DNA of 64,000 nucleotides from a virus, in IMG/VR virus record IMGVR_UViG_3300002141_000152, positions 44,971-108,970 of that record; one strand, 5' to 3'. Of this stretch, positions 1-10,399 are shown in pieces; position 1 is the stretch's first letter; every line of letters starts with the position of its first letter. The notes under the pieces were generated by a model. That model saw only the letters and a list, made by a program, of their open reading frames with translations. It ran no database searches and was not told the origin of the DNA. Both the position numbers and the translations under genes were made by a program.

Positions 1-1436
1 GAGAATGGAGATTTCTGATTTTTTTCTTCTGATTTAAGTGCAACGAAAACTACTTTATTTCCGTTCTTTTCTTTTAATTTCTGAGCTGCTTTAATATGGC
101 CCATCGTTACTGGTTGAAAATTTCCAATTAATAAGTTAACTGCAATTGTTTCAGGTTTTTTATGTTTACCTTCAGCTACTTCTCTTTCACTAAGTATTGA
201 GTCATCTGCTGGCGTTCCGATAAATTCACTGAAACTTGGGAATAAACTTTCATACACTTGATCACCCATAATAATTTTTCTAATTTTAGTAACAATTAGG
301 TTAAGTTGAGTTAGCAAGTCAGCCGTAAAGAAACCGGAGGATGAGCTCTTTCTGTTACGCCTAAAGAAATTCAGCAGAATTTTATAGATCTCAGCGTAAG
401 TTTCATCTTTAAGTAATTTAATTATCTTTGGATCGTTAATTAGTGCAGCATCTAATTCGAATTCAGGACGCTTTAAGTAGTCTGGAACTTCTAATCTTAA
501 TCCCTCATATTTTCCAGAGTATTCTTTGATAAAATCTTTGAACATTGAATTAATTAGTGCAACATATTTCTCATCAAACGTGTCTCCTTTTTCACACATT
601 GTCTCCAATTCAGAAATATCATACATTTCAAAGAAATTCATTAGGTCAATTACAATCAACCAAATATAATCTTGCGATTTATTTTCTCTAGGCTGAGTTA
701 CTTTAGTGTGATTGAATAGTGGGTCTACTATCTTTGCTAAAAAGACATTTGTCTCAGACCCATCGTTTGATTCATCATAAAATCTAAAGACAATTGTATC
801 AACACTACCCGTTAAATCACTCTTTAGAAAAGATGATTCCTGTTGATCGTTAAGAATTGAGATAATATATTTCGTAAATGAACGAGTTTTAAATTTAGTG
901 AAGAGCTCTTCGGATGGTGCATAAACAAATTCTAAGATTGATGTTTTTTGTTCATCTGTTAAATTTCCTTCAAAAATAATCGGTGTATGCTCTACTCCTA
1001 AATAGTCTGCCCATTTATTAAGTTGCTCTTTGTTCTGAACTGTCGAAATTACTTTACCTGCATCATCTAATTTATGAATGTAAGAAATAACCAAATTATT
1101 TTTTGGAAGACGATCATACTTGTGACTTAAATTGTCACCATTTGTAAAATATTCAAATCCAAAATAGAAGTTAGATGGAATACGATTTCTCTTATCATCT
1201 GAAAGATTTTCAAAATGTGAAATCGCAGTATTATAATATTTCATCAATACTCGGTCAACATAACTAATCTCTCCAGACTTCTTGAAGTATCTAAACTTAT
1301 CGTCCTTGTTCTTCTTTACTCCAAAGAAAGTTCCATCTACTTTTTCATTGATTATGACATAGTTATTGAGAAGACTTGTTAAAAATTCTTCACCTCGCTT
1401 TTCATATACTTCCTTTAAGTTATTAATTCCTGCCAT
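1..1436 (-). CDS. RNA/DNA ligase-like nucleotidyltransferase domain fused to a HIGH-type (cytidylyltransferase-like) domain; runs off the window's left edge
   Basis: Not in ORF track. Manual translation from ATG at 1436 gives MAGINNLKEVYEKRGEEFLTSLLNNYVIINEKVDGTFFG (ligase motif I KxDG). The same frame near 96-125 reads GNFQPVTMGH (HxGH-like). Confidence 0.6.
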   Translation of the reverse strand, partial: MAGINNLKEVYEKRGEEFLTSLLNNYVIINEKVDGTFFGVKKNKDDKFRYFKKSGEISYVDRVLMKYYNTAISHFENLSDDKRNRIPSNFYFGFEYFTNGDNLSHKYDRLPKNNLVISYIHKLDDAGKVISTVQNKEQLNKWADYLGVEHTPIIFEGNLTDEQKTSILEFVYAPSEELFTKFKTRSFTKYIISILNDQQESSFLKSDLTGSVDTIVFRFYDESNDGSETNVFLAKIVDPLFNHTKVTQPRENKSQDYIWLIVIDLMNFFEMYDISELETMCEKGDTFDEKYVALINSMFKDFIKEYSGKYEGLRLEVPDYLKRPEFELDAALINDPKIIKLLKDETYAEIYKILLNFFRRNRKSSSSGFFTADLLTQLNLIVTKIRKIIMGDQVYESLFPSFSEFIGTPADDSILSEREVAEGKHKKPETIAVNLLIGNFQPVTMGHIKAAQKLKEKNGNKVVFVALKSEEKNQKSPF

Positions 1437-1438
1437 AA

Positions 1439-1978
1439 TTATTGGTTCGCTGGGGATTCGTCAGTTGATTCTTTTTCAGGAGAATCTTCGGCTTGTGTAT
1501 TTAATGCTTTTCTAATACTTTCCGCATCCATACTAATTGAAATGCTTCGAACATTATCTGAATCTTCCGCGTTTTGAGTAAAATATTCAATTATTTTTTT
1601 TAAATTCATATTTAACTTCTCTTCACCGAATCCACCAGCTTCTTCGATCTTTTTCTTTAAGTTAGTAGTTGCTTTCCAGCTACCGTTGTAACTAATTGAC
1701 CAACAATAGAATCGAACATCCTCACCTTTACTTTCATAATAGTGCTGCATGTCTTTAATCTTTTGGATTGCTCCATTTGCATCACGATAGGTAGTTGCTC
1801 TACCTAATGTATCTGAAGGAACTCCAAACCGAACAGCATCTGCTAGTATTTCCATCAATTCGGCAATTCGATCAATTATCTGGTCTGCTGTGTAGCCTTT
1901 TAACGGACGCTCAATATTACCTGTGCGCTCCTCTTCTTCTTTAAGGTATTGTAGGAAGGGCTTAATTTCTTTTGCCAT
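1439..1978 (-). CDS. hypothetical protein with capsid-targeting-like leader
   Basis: 179 aa, starts MAKEIKPFLQYLKEE; ATAAATA upstream. Confidence 0.6.
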   Translation of the reverse strand: MAKEIKPFLQYLKEEEERTGNIERPLKGYTADQIIDRIAELMEILADAVRFGVPSDTLGRATTYRDANGAIQKIKDMQHYYESKGEDVRFYCWSISYNGSWKATTNLKKKIEEAGGFGEEKLNMNLKKIIEYFTQNAEDSDNVRSISISMDAESIRKALNTQAEDSPEKESTDESPANQ

Positions 1979-1995
1979 TTTAAAATGGTTTTTTA

Positions 1996-2607
1996 TTATT
2001 TATTAAGAATCGGAGTCACCGAAGATAGACCGTTAATAAGTTCACAGAATTCTGTGACGCTAGTGGCATCAAACTTATTCATATAGTTGATAAAATGATT
2101 GCTCTTTGGCGGCTGGCTAATATATTTACCGAATTTATCTAATACTTCTTCAAATATCTTTTTTTCTGCTAAATAATTCTCAAAATTACCAAAATAATCT
2201 TTTTCTTGCCTAGTTGGTGCGGGCATGTCTTTTCTAGTCGCATATAACAGCACACAATTTTGATATAACTCTCCAGTTAGAACTTTTTCAAATTCATCGA
2301 GCAATCTAGTCTTATCCATTCTTTCACGATAGATTGACCATACATATGCTGAAAAAATCGAACGATCAAAGATCAATATCTTATCTTTTAGGATTGTCCG
2401 GTTTAGTTCAAGAATAGTTAGGACATTTGCAATACTAAAGTAGTGCACTCCTGGGCCAGTTTCCTGGTCTCTCATTCCAAGGTCTTCTATGTACTTTGCA
2501 AATGCAAATTTATAGTACATGACATCTGGATTGGTATTTTGTTTAAAAAATTCATCAAGCAGGAACGTTTTACCGACTGCCCTAGGTCCTTCGATGAATA
2601 CTATCAT
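1996..2607 (-). CDS. P-loop nucleotide (dNMP/thymidylate-like) kinase
   Basis: FIEGPRAVGKT Walker A and LIFDRS motif. Confidence 0.75.
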   Translation of the reverse strand: MIVFIEGPRAVGKTFLLDEFFKQNTNPDVMYYKFAFAKYIEDLGMRDQETGPGVHYFSIANVLTILELNRTILKDKILIFDRSIFSAYVWSIYRERMDKTRLLDEFEKVLTGELYQNCVLLYATRKDMPAPTRQEKDYFGNFENYLAEKKIFEEVLDKFGKYISQPPKSNHFINYMNKFDATSVTEFCELINGLSSVTPILNK

Positions 2608-3194
2608 ATTAAGTTTATTCGGGTTGATTCTGAAAGTTTAAAATTTTCAATACGATACATTTTTGACTTATCGACAATGTATAGTTTAATATTTAGATAT
2701 GGAACTGATCCAATAGGTCGCGTCAGGTACCTTGAAGTATTAAGTCTTTCAAAAAAGTCCTGATACTTGCCTAACTGTTCGATTGAATCTTCAAAAACTT
2801 GAATTTCTTCAACCTCTGGCCACATTTTTTCAAATACTTCTTGTAAAGTAGTCGTTTTATTTGACTTTCTTCCTAGAAAGAACATCTCGTCAAACGATAT
2901 TCCTCGTTTATCAAGGAGTGCAGTAACAGTTTCCCGTAGTTCTTCAATACGATGCGTTATTAATATTGATCGAGTTGTGTCAGAGGCTTTACCTTCTTTC
3001 CAAGCAGCATACACTGGCTCAATAAGCTGAATATAATGTGCTTCTTCAGAAATCGATAGCTGATGATCGTAGAAGTCATATGGCGTATCAAATTTTAGAG
3101 TATCTGTTTCTACACAAAGTTTGCCAGTGTAGCTTGGCATTCTAAAAAAAGTTTCGTCAAGGTCAAATACCTGAAGTATCTTTACTTTGTTCAT
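2604..3194 (-). CDS. HAD-superfamily phosphatase
   Basis: FDLDET motif I, ITHR motif II, VFEDS motif IV. Confidence 0.7.
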   Translation of the reverse strand: MNKVKILQVFDLDETFFRMPSYTGKLCVETDTLKFDTPYDFYDHQLSISEEAHYIQLIEPVYAAWKEGKASDTTRSILITHRIEELRETVTALLDKRGISFDEMFFLGRKSNKTTTLQEVFEKMWPEVEEIQVFEDSIEQLGKYQDFFERLNTSRYLTRPIGSVPYLNIKLYIVDKSKMYRIENFKLSESTRINLI

Positions 3195-3248
3195 GGTTGT
3201 ATGTTTACAATATCTTTTATTGATAAATAATAAAAAGTTTTAATCTAG

Positions 3249-3722
3249 GTGAAACAAAAGTTCATAAAACTATTCGAAGAACACACAGCAGACACTGCTC
3301 CAACCTGGACAGATATTCGCGATACTATTCAAATGAAACGTCCATTTGTCATCATTGTTTTTAGAACAGTTGCTAGTTTTAAAGAGGCAGTAGCATCATA
3401 TTTTAGCGAAACTAGTTATATTAAACAGACCGCGATTATTAACAATAACGGAGAGGCTACTAAATATCCAAGTATATTTCTAGCGTTTGACCGAGATAAA
3501 GATTATCGATCTGAAGTTAAGAGCATATATGAAAAATTCGATATTAAACAAATAATTGTTGGTAAATCTGGTGCTGAATATTCTACGCTATATGCACAAG
3601 ACGGAACCTCAAGCGATTTTGGAAACGAAATTGTCTCAACATTAAGCTCAGACGAATTTAGTACTGAGGACCAATTTAAGATCGGTTCAACTTATTACCA
3701 TTTTATCGAGTTCGAAGGATAA
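3249..3722 (+). CDS. hypothetical late protein with capsid-targeting-like leader
   Basis: MKQKFIKLFEE; ATAAATAA at 3223-3230. Confidence 0.6.
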   Translation: MKQKFIKLFEEHTADTAPTWTDIRDTIQMKRPFVIIVFRTVASFKEAVASYFSETSYIKQTAIINNNGEATKYPSIFLAFDRDKDYRSEVKSIYEKFDIKQIIVGKSGAEYSTLYAQDGTSSDFGNEIVSTLSSDEFSTEDQFKIGSTYYHFIEFEG

Positions 3723-3764
3723 ACTTTAGCTTCTTTTTGAGTATAATACTTTAAAGTTTATAAC

Positions 3765-4211
3765 ATGAGCGAGACAACAGCTAAAGAGACTAAATCTAAT
3801 ATATCCGATAAGTTTCAAAAGAGACGCACTGAAGTCTCTAAGGACATTTATACAAATATTAGTAATCTTTCAAATCTTAAAACTTTAAAAGAAGCACAAG
3901 TTAATATGTTGTCCCTAAGACAACGTTTACTTGAGGACAGTCACGGTCTTCTTGAACATATTACTCTATTACGTAAACGGTTTAGAGATGAGAAAGCAGA
4001 TGCCATGGAAACTATCTCTAAAAACATGCAATTGCGTTACCAGGCAAACGAAAAGAATATTGTAATTGATGGTAAAACCTCAACAACTAAGGAATATCTT
4101 GAAATCTTCGAAAATCAAGTCTCATTCTATAACGAATCTATCAAAACAATTGATAGCGTCATCTTTGGTATAAAAACTCGTCTTGACATCGAGAAAACTC
4201 TAGGACTCTAA
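3765..4211 (+). CDS. uvsY: UvsY-like recombination mediator
   Basis: 148-aa helical protein ending IKTIDSVIFGIKTRLDIEK, adjacent to UvsW as in T4-like phages. Confidence 0.5.
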   Translation: MSETTAKETKSNISDKFQKRRTEVSKDIYTNISNLSNLKTLKEAQVNMLSLRQRLLEDSHGLLEHITLLRKRFRDEKADAMETISKNMQLRYQANEKNIVIDGKTSTTKEYLEIFENQVSFYNESIKTIDSVIFGIKTRLDIEKTLGL

Positions 4212-4227
4212 AAAAATCTGCCATGGA

Positions 4228-5799
4228 TTGTTACTCTTTTCTCTTACTCCAGATAAAAAATTTATTAAGCTAGTTGATTTTAGTTTAAATTCAGAGCGCA
4301 GTGACCTATTCAAATTCTTCAAACGTAAGTCTAAAAAGGCCGCATTCAATGTTTTAGTAGAGCGTGGTATCTGGGACGGACTTGACCCGTTTATCACAAA
4401 GGATGGACTTATCGCAGTCGGTCTTTGGAAAGAAATCTATAATTTTGCAAATCGATACGGCTATGATTGTCAAATCGAAGGAATTGACGAAATGATAAGT
4501 CTAGGACTTGACCGTGACAAATATATTAAGTATGTAAATCGACTATTAGATGGAGTAGTAGATGAAAAAGGACTTCCAATTGTTCCTAGAGATTATCAAC
4601 TCGAAGGAGCATATCGTGCTATTAAATATAAGTTCTGTACACAGGAACTTGCAACCTCTTCTGGTAAAACTCTTATTTTCTATATCTTTAATTCATTTTT
4701 ACGTGATGCCAAGAAAGTAGACGCAATACATAAATCACTACTTATTGTTCCAAATATCTCACTAGTCGGTCAGACTGCTGAAAAATTTGAATTATATTCA
4801 GTTGGCCGAACTCCATGGAAAATCTGTACAATCGGTGGAGATGATAGATTTAATCAAAAGGATTTCGATAATGCCGAGATAGTTATTTCAACCTATCAAA
4901 GTTTACAAAACCTAGATCCTGCAATATTTAAGAACTTTATTACAGTATGTGTCGATGAAACACATAAGAGCCGTGGCAACGTTATTCGAGAGATATTAAT
5001 TAATTGTACTGAATGGAAATATCGACTAGGTCTTTCAGGAACTGTGAAAATTGAAGAGCAGTTTTCTGATTTCTTTAGGGTTCAGGAAAATGTTGGCCCA
5101 CTAGTGATGATTCTTTCAGCAAAGCACTTAATTGACCATGGATATTCTCCAAATATTGAAATTCAAATTGTCAAACTCCAATATAATAGAGCTGATGAAT
5201 ACCTGCAAAAGTATTGGGCATTGAAGAAAGATGGCAGATCGATGTATAAAGATGCCAAAGACTATGGCCGAGACATGCTAGCTATTGAAAAGGGTTTTAT
5301 CTTTGAAAGCAAAGAGAGACTCAATTATATTAATGATCTCGTCAAAAGTTTCGGTAAAAACACGCTAATCCTTTTTTCTGACGTTAAAAATGGCTACGGT
5401 AAAAAGATTCAAGAAAAATTATTAGAATGGAATCCAAATACCTTCTATATTGATGGTGGAGTCGAGTCTTCAAATAGGGACATATTTAAAGATACAATGG
5501 AAGAAAAACATGATGTCGTAATAGTTGCAAGTTTTGGATGTTTTTCCACAGGGATCGACCTAAAAAATGTCCATCATCTTATTCTAGCCGAATCAACCAA
5601 AGCTGAGATAACAATTCGCCAATCTATTGGTCGAGGTATGCGTAAACTTGCTGAAAAGCTCAAAGTTACCGTCTGGGATCTAGTTGATCAGTTAGATGGA
5701 TATGTTGTGAAGCATGGAGCTGATCGAGCAGCCATTTATCGAGACCAGGAATTTAAAATCGTCGAAATCAAAGTAGATTTAACAAAAAAGGCAGACTAG
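4228..5799 (+). CDS. uvsW: UvsW-like SF2 DNA helicase
   Basis: PRDYQ, ATSSGKT, VDETH, FSTGID and QSIGRGMR helicase motifs. Confidence 0.9.
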   Translation: MLLFSLTPDKKFIKLVDFSLNSERSDLFKFFKRKSKKAAFNVLVERGIWDGLDPFITKDGLIAVGLWKEIYNFANRYGYDCQIEGIDEMISLGLDRDKYIKYVNRLLDGVVDEKGLPIVPRDYQLEGAYRAIKYKFCTQELATSSGKTLIFYIFNSFLRDAKKVDAIHKSLLIVPNISLVGQTAEKFELYSVGRTPWKICTIGGDDRFNQKDFDNAEIVISTYQSLQNLDPAIFKNFITVCVDETHKSRGNVIREILINCTEWKYRLGLSGTVKIEEQFSDFFRVQENVGPLVMILSAKHLIDHGYSPNIEIQIVKLQYNRADEYLQKYWALKKDGRSMYKDAKDYGRDMLAIEKGFIFESKERLNYINDLVKSFGKNTLILFSDVKNGYGKKIQEKLLEWNPNTFYIDGGVESSNRDIFKDTMEEKHDVVIVASFGCFSTGIDLKNVHHLILAESTKAEITIRQSIGRGMRKLAEKLKVTVWDLVDQLDGYVVKHGADRAAIYRDQEFKIVEIKVDLTKKAD

Positions 5800-5811
5800 T
5801 GCTGCCTTTTT

Positions 5812-6579
5812 CTATTTTCCATTTAGTTTTTCAGACTCTTCAATACTATCAAAGATATCTTCAAGCTTTTTAATAATTGGGTGTCGAACAATATCCTCTC
5901 GACCCAATTTGACAATTCCTATTTCAGGAATATTGTTAAAATGCTCTATTAGAATTTCAAGAGCACTTTTCTCTCTTTTATTAACTGACTTCTGTTTGAT
6001 ATCACCTAGGAAAATCATTTTTGAGTTGTTTCCTATTCGAGTGATTAGAGTTCGTAGGTTGTCTTTTGATATTTGCTGAGCTTCATCTACTATTATTATC
6101 GAGTCATCTAAGGTTACGCCTAGTGCAAATTTAATGGGTAAAATTTCAATTATTCCTGAACTCTTCAGCTGTTCAGTTGCCGCTTTTCCAATAACCTTAT
6201 GAAAGTTACTGATGAATGGGTACATGTACATCTCCATCTTTTCTTCTAGCGTACCTTTTAGGTAACCAATCTCCTCGTCCTTTGGCACATTCACCGACTT
6301 AATTAAGACGATTTTGCGATAGGTTATCGATTCTTCTTTAATAAATTTCAATGCTTTTGCACATGAAAGATAGGTTTTACCTGTTCCTGGAGGGCCAATT
6401 ATTACTGAAATTACTTTTTCATCAATTGCTCGAAGAACTTCCTTTTGTGCATTAGATCTACACTTAATTTCAATTCTACTGGACATAATCTTTGCCGAAA
6501 GTAAATTCGTGCGCTCACTGTCCCAAACAGAAAAATCTTCATTTTCCTCTCTAGATAATTTTTTTCTGGTTTTTGCCAT
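5812..6579 (-). CDS. phoH: PhoH-family ATPase
   Basis: GPPGTGKT, IGYLKG, DEAQ, GDIKQ, DIVRHP. Confidence 0.9.
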   Translation of the reverse strand: MAKTRKKLSREENEDFSVWDSERTNLLSAKIMSSRIEIKCRSNAQKEVLRAIDEKVISVIIGPPGTGKTYLSCAKALKFIKEESITYRKIVLIKSVNVPKDEEIGYLKGTLEEKMEMYMYPFISNFHKVIGKAATEQLKSSGIIEILPIKFALGVTLDDSIIIVDEAQQISKDNLRTLITRIGNNSKMIFLGDIKQKSVNKREKSALEILIEHFNNIPEIGIVKLGREDIVRHPIIKKLEDIFDSIEESEKLNGK

Positions 6580-6583
6580 CTTA

Positions 6584-7228
6584 TCAGTATATTTTAGCTG
6601 CGATCACTATACCAAGTATTATTTTAGCATAGTGTAATTTAAAATTTAAAAAAGACTTCAGTATTTCTTTCTGTTTTGAGGTAAGCTGAGATTCGCGTAA
6701 TTGAGTGAAACTTAATTTTTGTATTGCTAATAAATGTGATGTAGAAAAAGTAATATTGTAGATTTCACACATGTCTTGTAGCACTTCGATAAATGGCGAA
6801 TCACTAAGGTTACTTAATTCTAATAGATCGATGAATTTTCTACTCTTTTTGATAGCGACAATTTTATCTTTTATTAGATCGCTCTGTAGACTTCCATCTA
6901 AGCATTCTCGAACTGAGTTTAATATTTTAATTTTATGGGAAATATCTTCAATATCGAAGATGTCATCTCTATCAAATACTATCTGAATTTCAGCGTCGTT
7001 TTCAGTGTAATAAAAGGTCAGACTACACTGTGTTCCTAGGGTGCCTAACGCTTTCAGTAGCATTGGCGCTACTCCTGGTTCTGAATCGTCTTCTTCCAGC
7101 GTTATTTTATACTCAGTAAATGGAAATGATTCCATAAATGGAAGTATATTATATAACTCTGAAGTTTTATCCAGTGAACTTTTTTCACTCATACAAAACC
7201 TGTTTTTATTATATATTTCGAAGGCCAA
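6584..7228 (-). CDS. hypothetical protein
   Basis: 214-aa ORF tightly packed with phoH. Confidence 0.55.
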   Translation of the reverse strand: MAFEIYNKNRFCMSEKSSLDKTSELYNILPFMESFPFTEYKITLEEDDSEPGVAPMLLKALGTLGTQCSLTFYYTENDAEIQIVFDRDDIFDIEDISHKIKILNSVRECLDGSLQSDLIKDKIVAIKKSRKFIDLLELSNLSDSPFIEVLQDMCEIYNITFSTSHLLAIQKLSFTQLRESQLTSKQKEILKSFLNFKLHYAKIILGIVIAAKIY

Positions 7229-7302
7229 AGATTCACGTATAGATTTAGAAGAAATACTTTTATTTTTTCAAAAATATTGGTGTATTTAATATACAGGTAA
7301 TA

Positions 7303-8886
7303 TTAGTAAACTAGATTCATCCCATACTTAAGATTTCCAGAATCATATATTCTAATTAGTCCTAACTCCATAAGCAGGTTATCTGTGCTCTTAGTAGGAT
7401 CACATGCATATTTAGTAAGTAGTTTCTTTCTAGTGTAATTAAAACGATGTTCTCGAGTGTCTCCGTTTACATACCAAAAATTAGGAGCAGTCTTCGTTAT
7501 TTCTTTAAATCCTAGAGTCTTGTATATCTTTCCAGTGGACCATCTGCGGTCAGCATATGATAATATGTATTTAGGTTTTACTGAATTAATAAAAAATTTT
7601 AATAGTTTACTTGCCCCACCGACCACACTTATTTCTTTTTTATTACAGAATCTGTACATTTCATATTCGCCAGACTTTGCTCTTGACCCCAAGGATATCC
7701 TTAACGCTCCAAATGTCATTACTGAAACTAATTCAGTATCAAAAAATAAACCATATCTTTTGCTTGATGGAATATTTCCTTGTATATGATTATTATCTAT
7801 GAAGTTTTTGGCTACCTCTGAACTTATTTCTAGGACCACACATTTTCTAGCAAATATTCTACGCTTATTTTTATTAACCAAGTTTAATATTCTAGATAAG
7901 ACTATTTCTCTTCGGTAAATCCATTCATCTTCAAATATGTGAATCAACTGAATTCCTAAAGATTCACATGAATTTGTCTTATCTACATGATATTTAGGCT
8001 CTTTAAAATTGATAGAGTGCCAATAAAGTCCATCTAATTCTATTGCTATATTATGTTCAGGTAAATAAAAATCTAATTCAAACGGGCAAAGAACTGTCCT
8101 GTCTCGTTCAACAAAAGATATATTATTTGTCATTAAGAAGTCAGATAGTTCAGTTTGCCATTTAGTAGAATTAAAACTTCCTATTGGATTACATACTGTG
8201 CATAATTCGATATTGTGCATATTACGCAGATATGCCTGCCACTTGGTTATTTGAAACGTGTGACCACACTTATCTTTTTTAAATGTGCATATTCCAAATT
8301 TTTCATATGAATATTCAATAACCTGTAGATCTACATATTTTTCTTCAAATGCAGCTTTATTATTTGCCTTCTTTGTTACATCCGCACTTCCTCCATTAGA
8401 TAATGCCCAGCGCCTACCGGTTTTCTTTAATGATCGCGCAATCATCTCATTTTTAATCTTACTTGAGTGCATAGGATTGTCTACTCCGTGCCTTACTAAA
8501 TTCGTCGCTCTTATCTTCTTAATTATTTCAGTAGATTGATATGGATTTTCTACTCCATACTTATCTAATGATGCTTGTATTTTTTTATTTTTTACAACAG
8601 AATCGCTATTTGAGCATTTTGATGAACAGTATGCGCTAAATCCAGTGAGTAGCCCTAAGAAAGTCTTCTTATTGTAACATTTTTCTTTCTTACATGTTAC
8701 CGTGCCAGTTACATTATTTAGATAATACCAGACCTTTTCTACAAATCTATTTGTAGAAATATTATTATCTTCAATAAATTTGTTTATCTCAGCATACTTA
8801 TCTGGTAGATGAGATTCCATCCACGAGCCTCTCAGTTTCATTGAATTTACTCTTCCGTATTCATTTAAGAAATCACTAAGTATCAT
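7303..8886 (-). CDS. free-standing Hef-like/PD-(D/E)xK homing endonuclease
   Basis: YCSSKC, YGVENP repeats, ELDFYLPEHNIAIELDGLYWH, LIHIFEDEW, SYADRRWS. Confidence 0.75.
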   Translation of the reverse strand: MILSDFLNEYGRVNSMKLRGSWMESHLPDKYAEINKFIEDNNISTNRFVEKVWYYLNNVTGTVTCKKEKCYNKKTFLGLLTGFSAYCSSKCSNSDSVVKNKKIQASLDKYGVENPYQSTEIIKKIRATNLVRHGVDNPMHSSKIKNEMIARSLKKTGRRWALSNGGSADVTKKANNKAAFEEKYVDLQVIEYSYEKFGICTFKKDKCGHTFQITKWQAYLRNMHNIELCTVCNPIGSFNSTKWQTELSDFLMTNNISFVERDRTVLCPFELDFYLPEHNIAIELDGLYWHSINFKEPKYHVDKTNSCESLGIQLIHIFEDEWIYRREIVLSRILNLVNKNKRRIFARKCVVLEISSEVAKNFIDNNHIQGNIPSSKRYGLFFDTELVSVMTFGALRISLGSRAKSGEYEMYRFCNKKEISVVGGASKLLKFFINSVKPKYILSYADRRWSTGKIYKTLGFKEITKTAPNFWYVNGDTREHRFNYTRKKLLTKYACDPTKSTDNLLMELGLIRIYDSGNLKYGMNLVY

Positions 8887-8968
8887 AATCTTTTTCTTTT
8901 ATTTATATATTACTACGCACCTTACTTTTAGTTTAAACTTATGTCAAATATTTAGTATGATATTACAT

Positions 8969-10399
8969 ATGGAAGATACGACACGCCAAATTAAAAAACT
9001 TGATCTTAAGCAAAATGCAATAAAGATCTTAATCAACAGTATATATGGTGCATTTGGAAATAAGTGGTTCTACTTTTATAATCCGGATATTGCTCAGTCA
9101 ATTACTCTTCAAGGCCAAGACCTAATTAAATTTTCAATTAAGGCAGTAAATCACTATTTTCAAGAAAAGTGGCACTTAGATACTGAATTGCACAAGACTT
9201 TAGGTATTGATCAATATGTTATTCACCAGGTCACAGAAGAGTCTGCAATCTACACAGATACTGACTCAATATATGTTCAATTTGATTCTGCGCTTAGTTC
9301 AATAGAGGGCATCACGTTAACTCGAGATGAATCATTGAAATTATGTGTCGCAATTGACCATCATCGACTTTCTAACTATTTTGATGTGTGTTTTGAAAAA
9401 TATGGTCGAGTATTTAATACCAAGAATCGTCTTAAGTTCAAGCTTGAAAATCTATCTGAGTATGGTATTTGGTTGAAGAAGAAAAACTATGCAATTAAAG
9501 TAGCATACGACCCAAATCCAGCAATGGAACTAATGACTCATGAAAAGAGATACTTAGTCATAAAGGGATTAGATTCAATTAAAGGTTCATATCCAATCTG
9601 GGCAAGAAAAAAACTTGTTGCTCTTACTGAATATGTCATGGAGATAGGAAAGACTCTAGATCTTGAACGCGATATTCTTCCTAAACTAAAGAAATTAAAA
9701 GAAGAATTTAATGGTCTATCAATAGATGAGGTTGCTCTAAACTTTAAAATTACAGTATTTGATAAGTATATTGATAATATTGAAACCTGTTCTTTAAGAA
9801 AAGGAATATCGATATTTGCAAGATCTGCTGCATATTATAATCATCTTCTTATTAAGACTGGTTTAAATGTAAAGTATGCTCCGCTCAGAGAAAAGGACAA
9901 GATCAAATTTTATCACTGTGCACCAAATGAACATAATTTTGATATATTTGCCTACTCTCCTGCAAGTTTTCCAGCAGAGCTTGCCGTACCGATCGACATG
10001 AACCATCAGTTCTTTATGTTAATTATTGAACCTGTAAATAAGTTACTTGCTGCCATGAAAGTTGGTGCAATAGACATACATCTAAAACGTAGTATCGATG
10101 TAATAACCGTAAAGAGTAAAAAACCATTAACTGACGATCAGATATATCCTCTTTATGTAGTTGACCAGGAGTCACTAGCATCAGTAGAAGTTCCAGAAAA
10201 GTTTTGGAAGATTATTGGTAACCCTGATGCAGATATTCCAGAAAGCGATTTTGCTGAGTACTTATCGTTAATAACTACCTATGGTCTAAATTCAATAATA
10301 GTTCCAAAGTTTGAACTTGAAAAATATCTCAAGCGTATAACTAAAAAGAAAGCAGTTTCTCTTAGTAAACTCGAAGAGGCTGACGAAACCGAAGATTAA
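8969..10399 (+). CDS. family B DNA polymerase, C-terminal subunit only (split gp43B-like)
   Basis: KILINSIYGAFG (motif B) within the first 30 aa, YTDTDS (motif C), KKKNY; no exonuclease domain or motif A. Confidence 0.85.
   Translation: MEDTTRQIKKLDLKQNAIKILINSIYGAFGNKWFYFYNPDIAQSITLQGQDLIKFSIKAVNHYFQEKWHLDTELHKTLGIDQYVIHQVTEESAIYTDTDSIYVQFDSALSSIEGITLTRDESLKLCVAIDHHRLSNYFDVCFEKYGRVFNTKNRLKFKLENLSEYGIWLKKKNYAIKVAYDPNPAMELMTHEKRYLVIKGLDSIKGSYPIWARKKLVALTEYVMEIGKTLDLERDILPKLKKLKEEFNGLSIDEVALNFKITVFDKYIDNIETCSLRKGISIFARSAAYYNHLLIKTGLNVKYAPLREKDKIKFYHCAPNEHNFDIFAYSPASFPAELAVPIDMNHQFFMLIIEPVNKLLAAMKVGAIDIHLKRSIDVITVKSKKPLTDDQIYPLYVVDQESLASVEVPEKFWKIIGNPDADIPESDFAEYLSLITTYGLNSIIVPKFELEKYLKRITKKKAVSLSKLEEADETED

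Noticed and set aside
7303-10399. Endonuclease as part of an intron interrupting the DNA polymerase
   Set aside because: It is on the opposite strand, no upstream polymerase exon is present, and the polymerase half has its own promoter-like motif.
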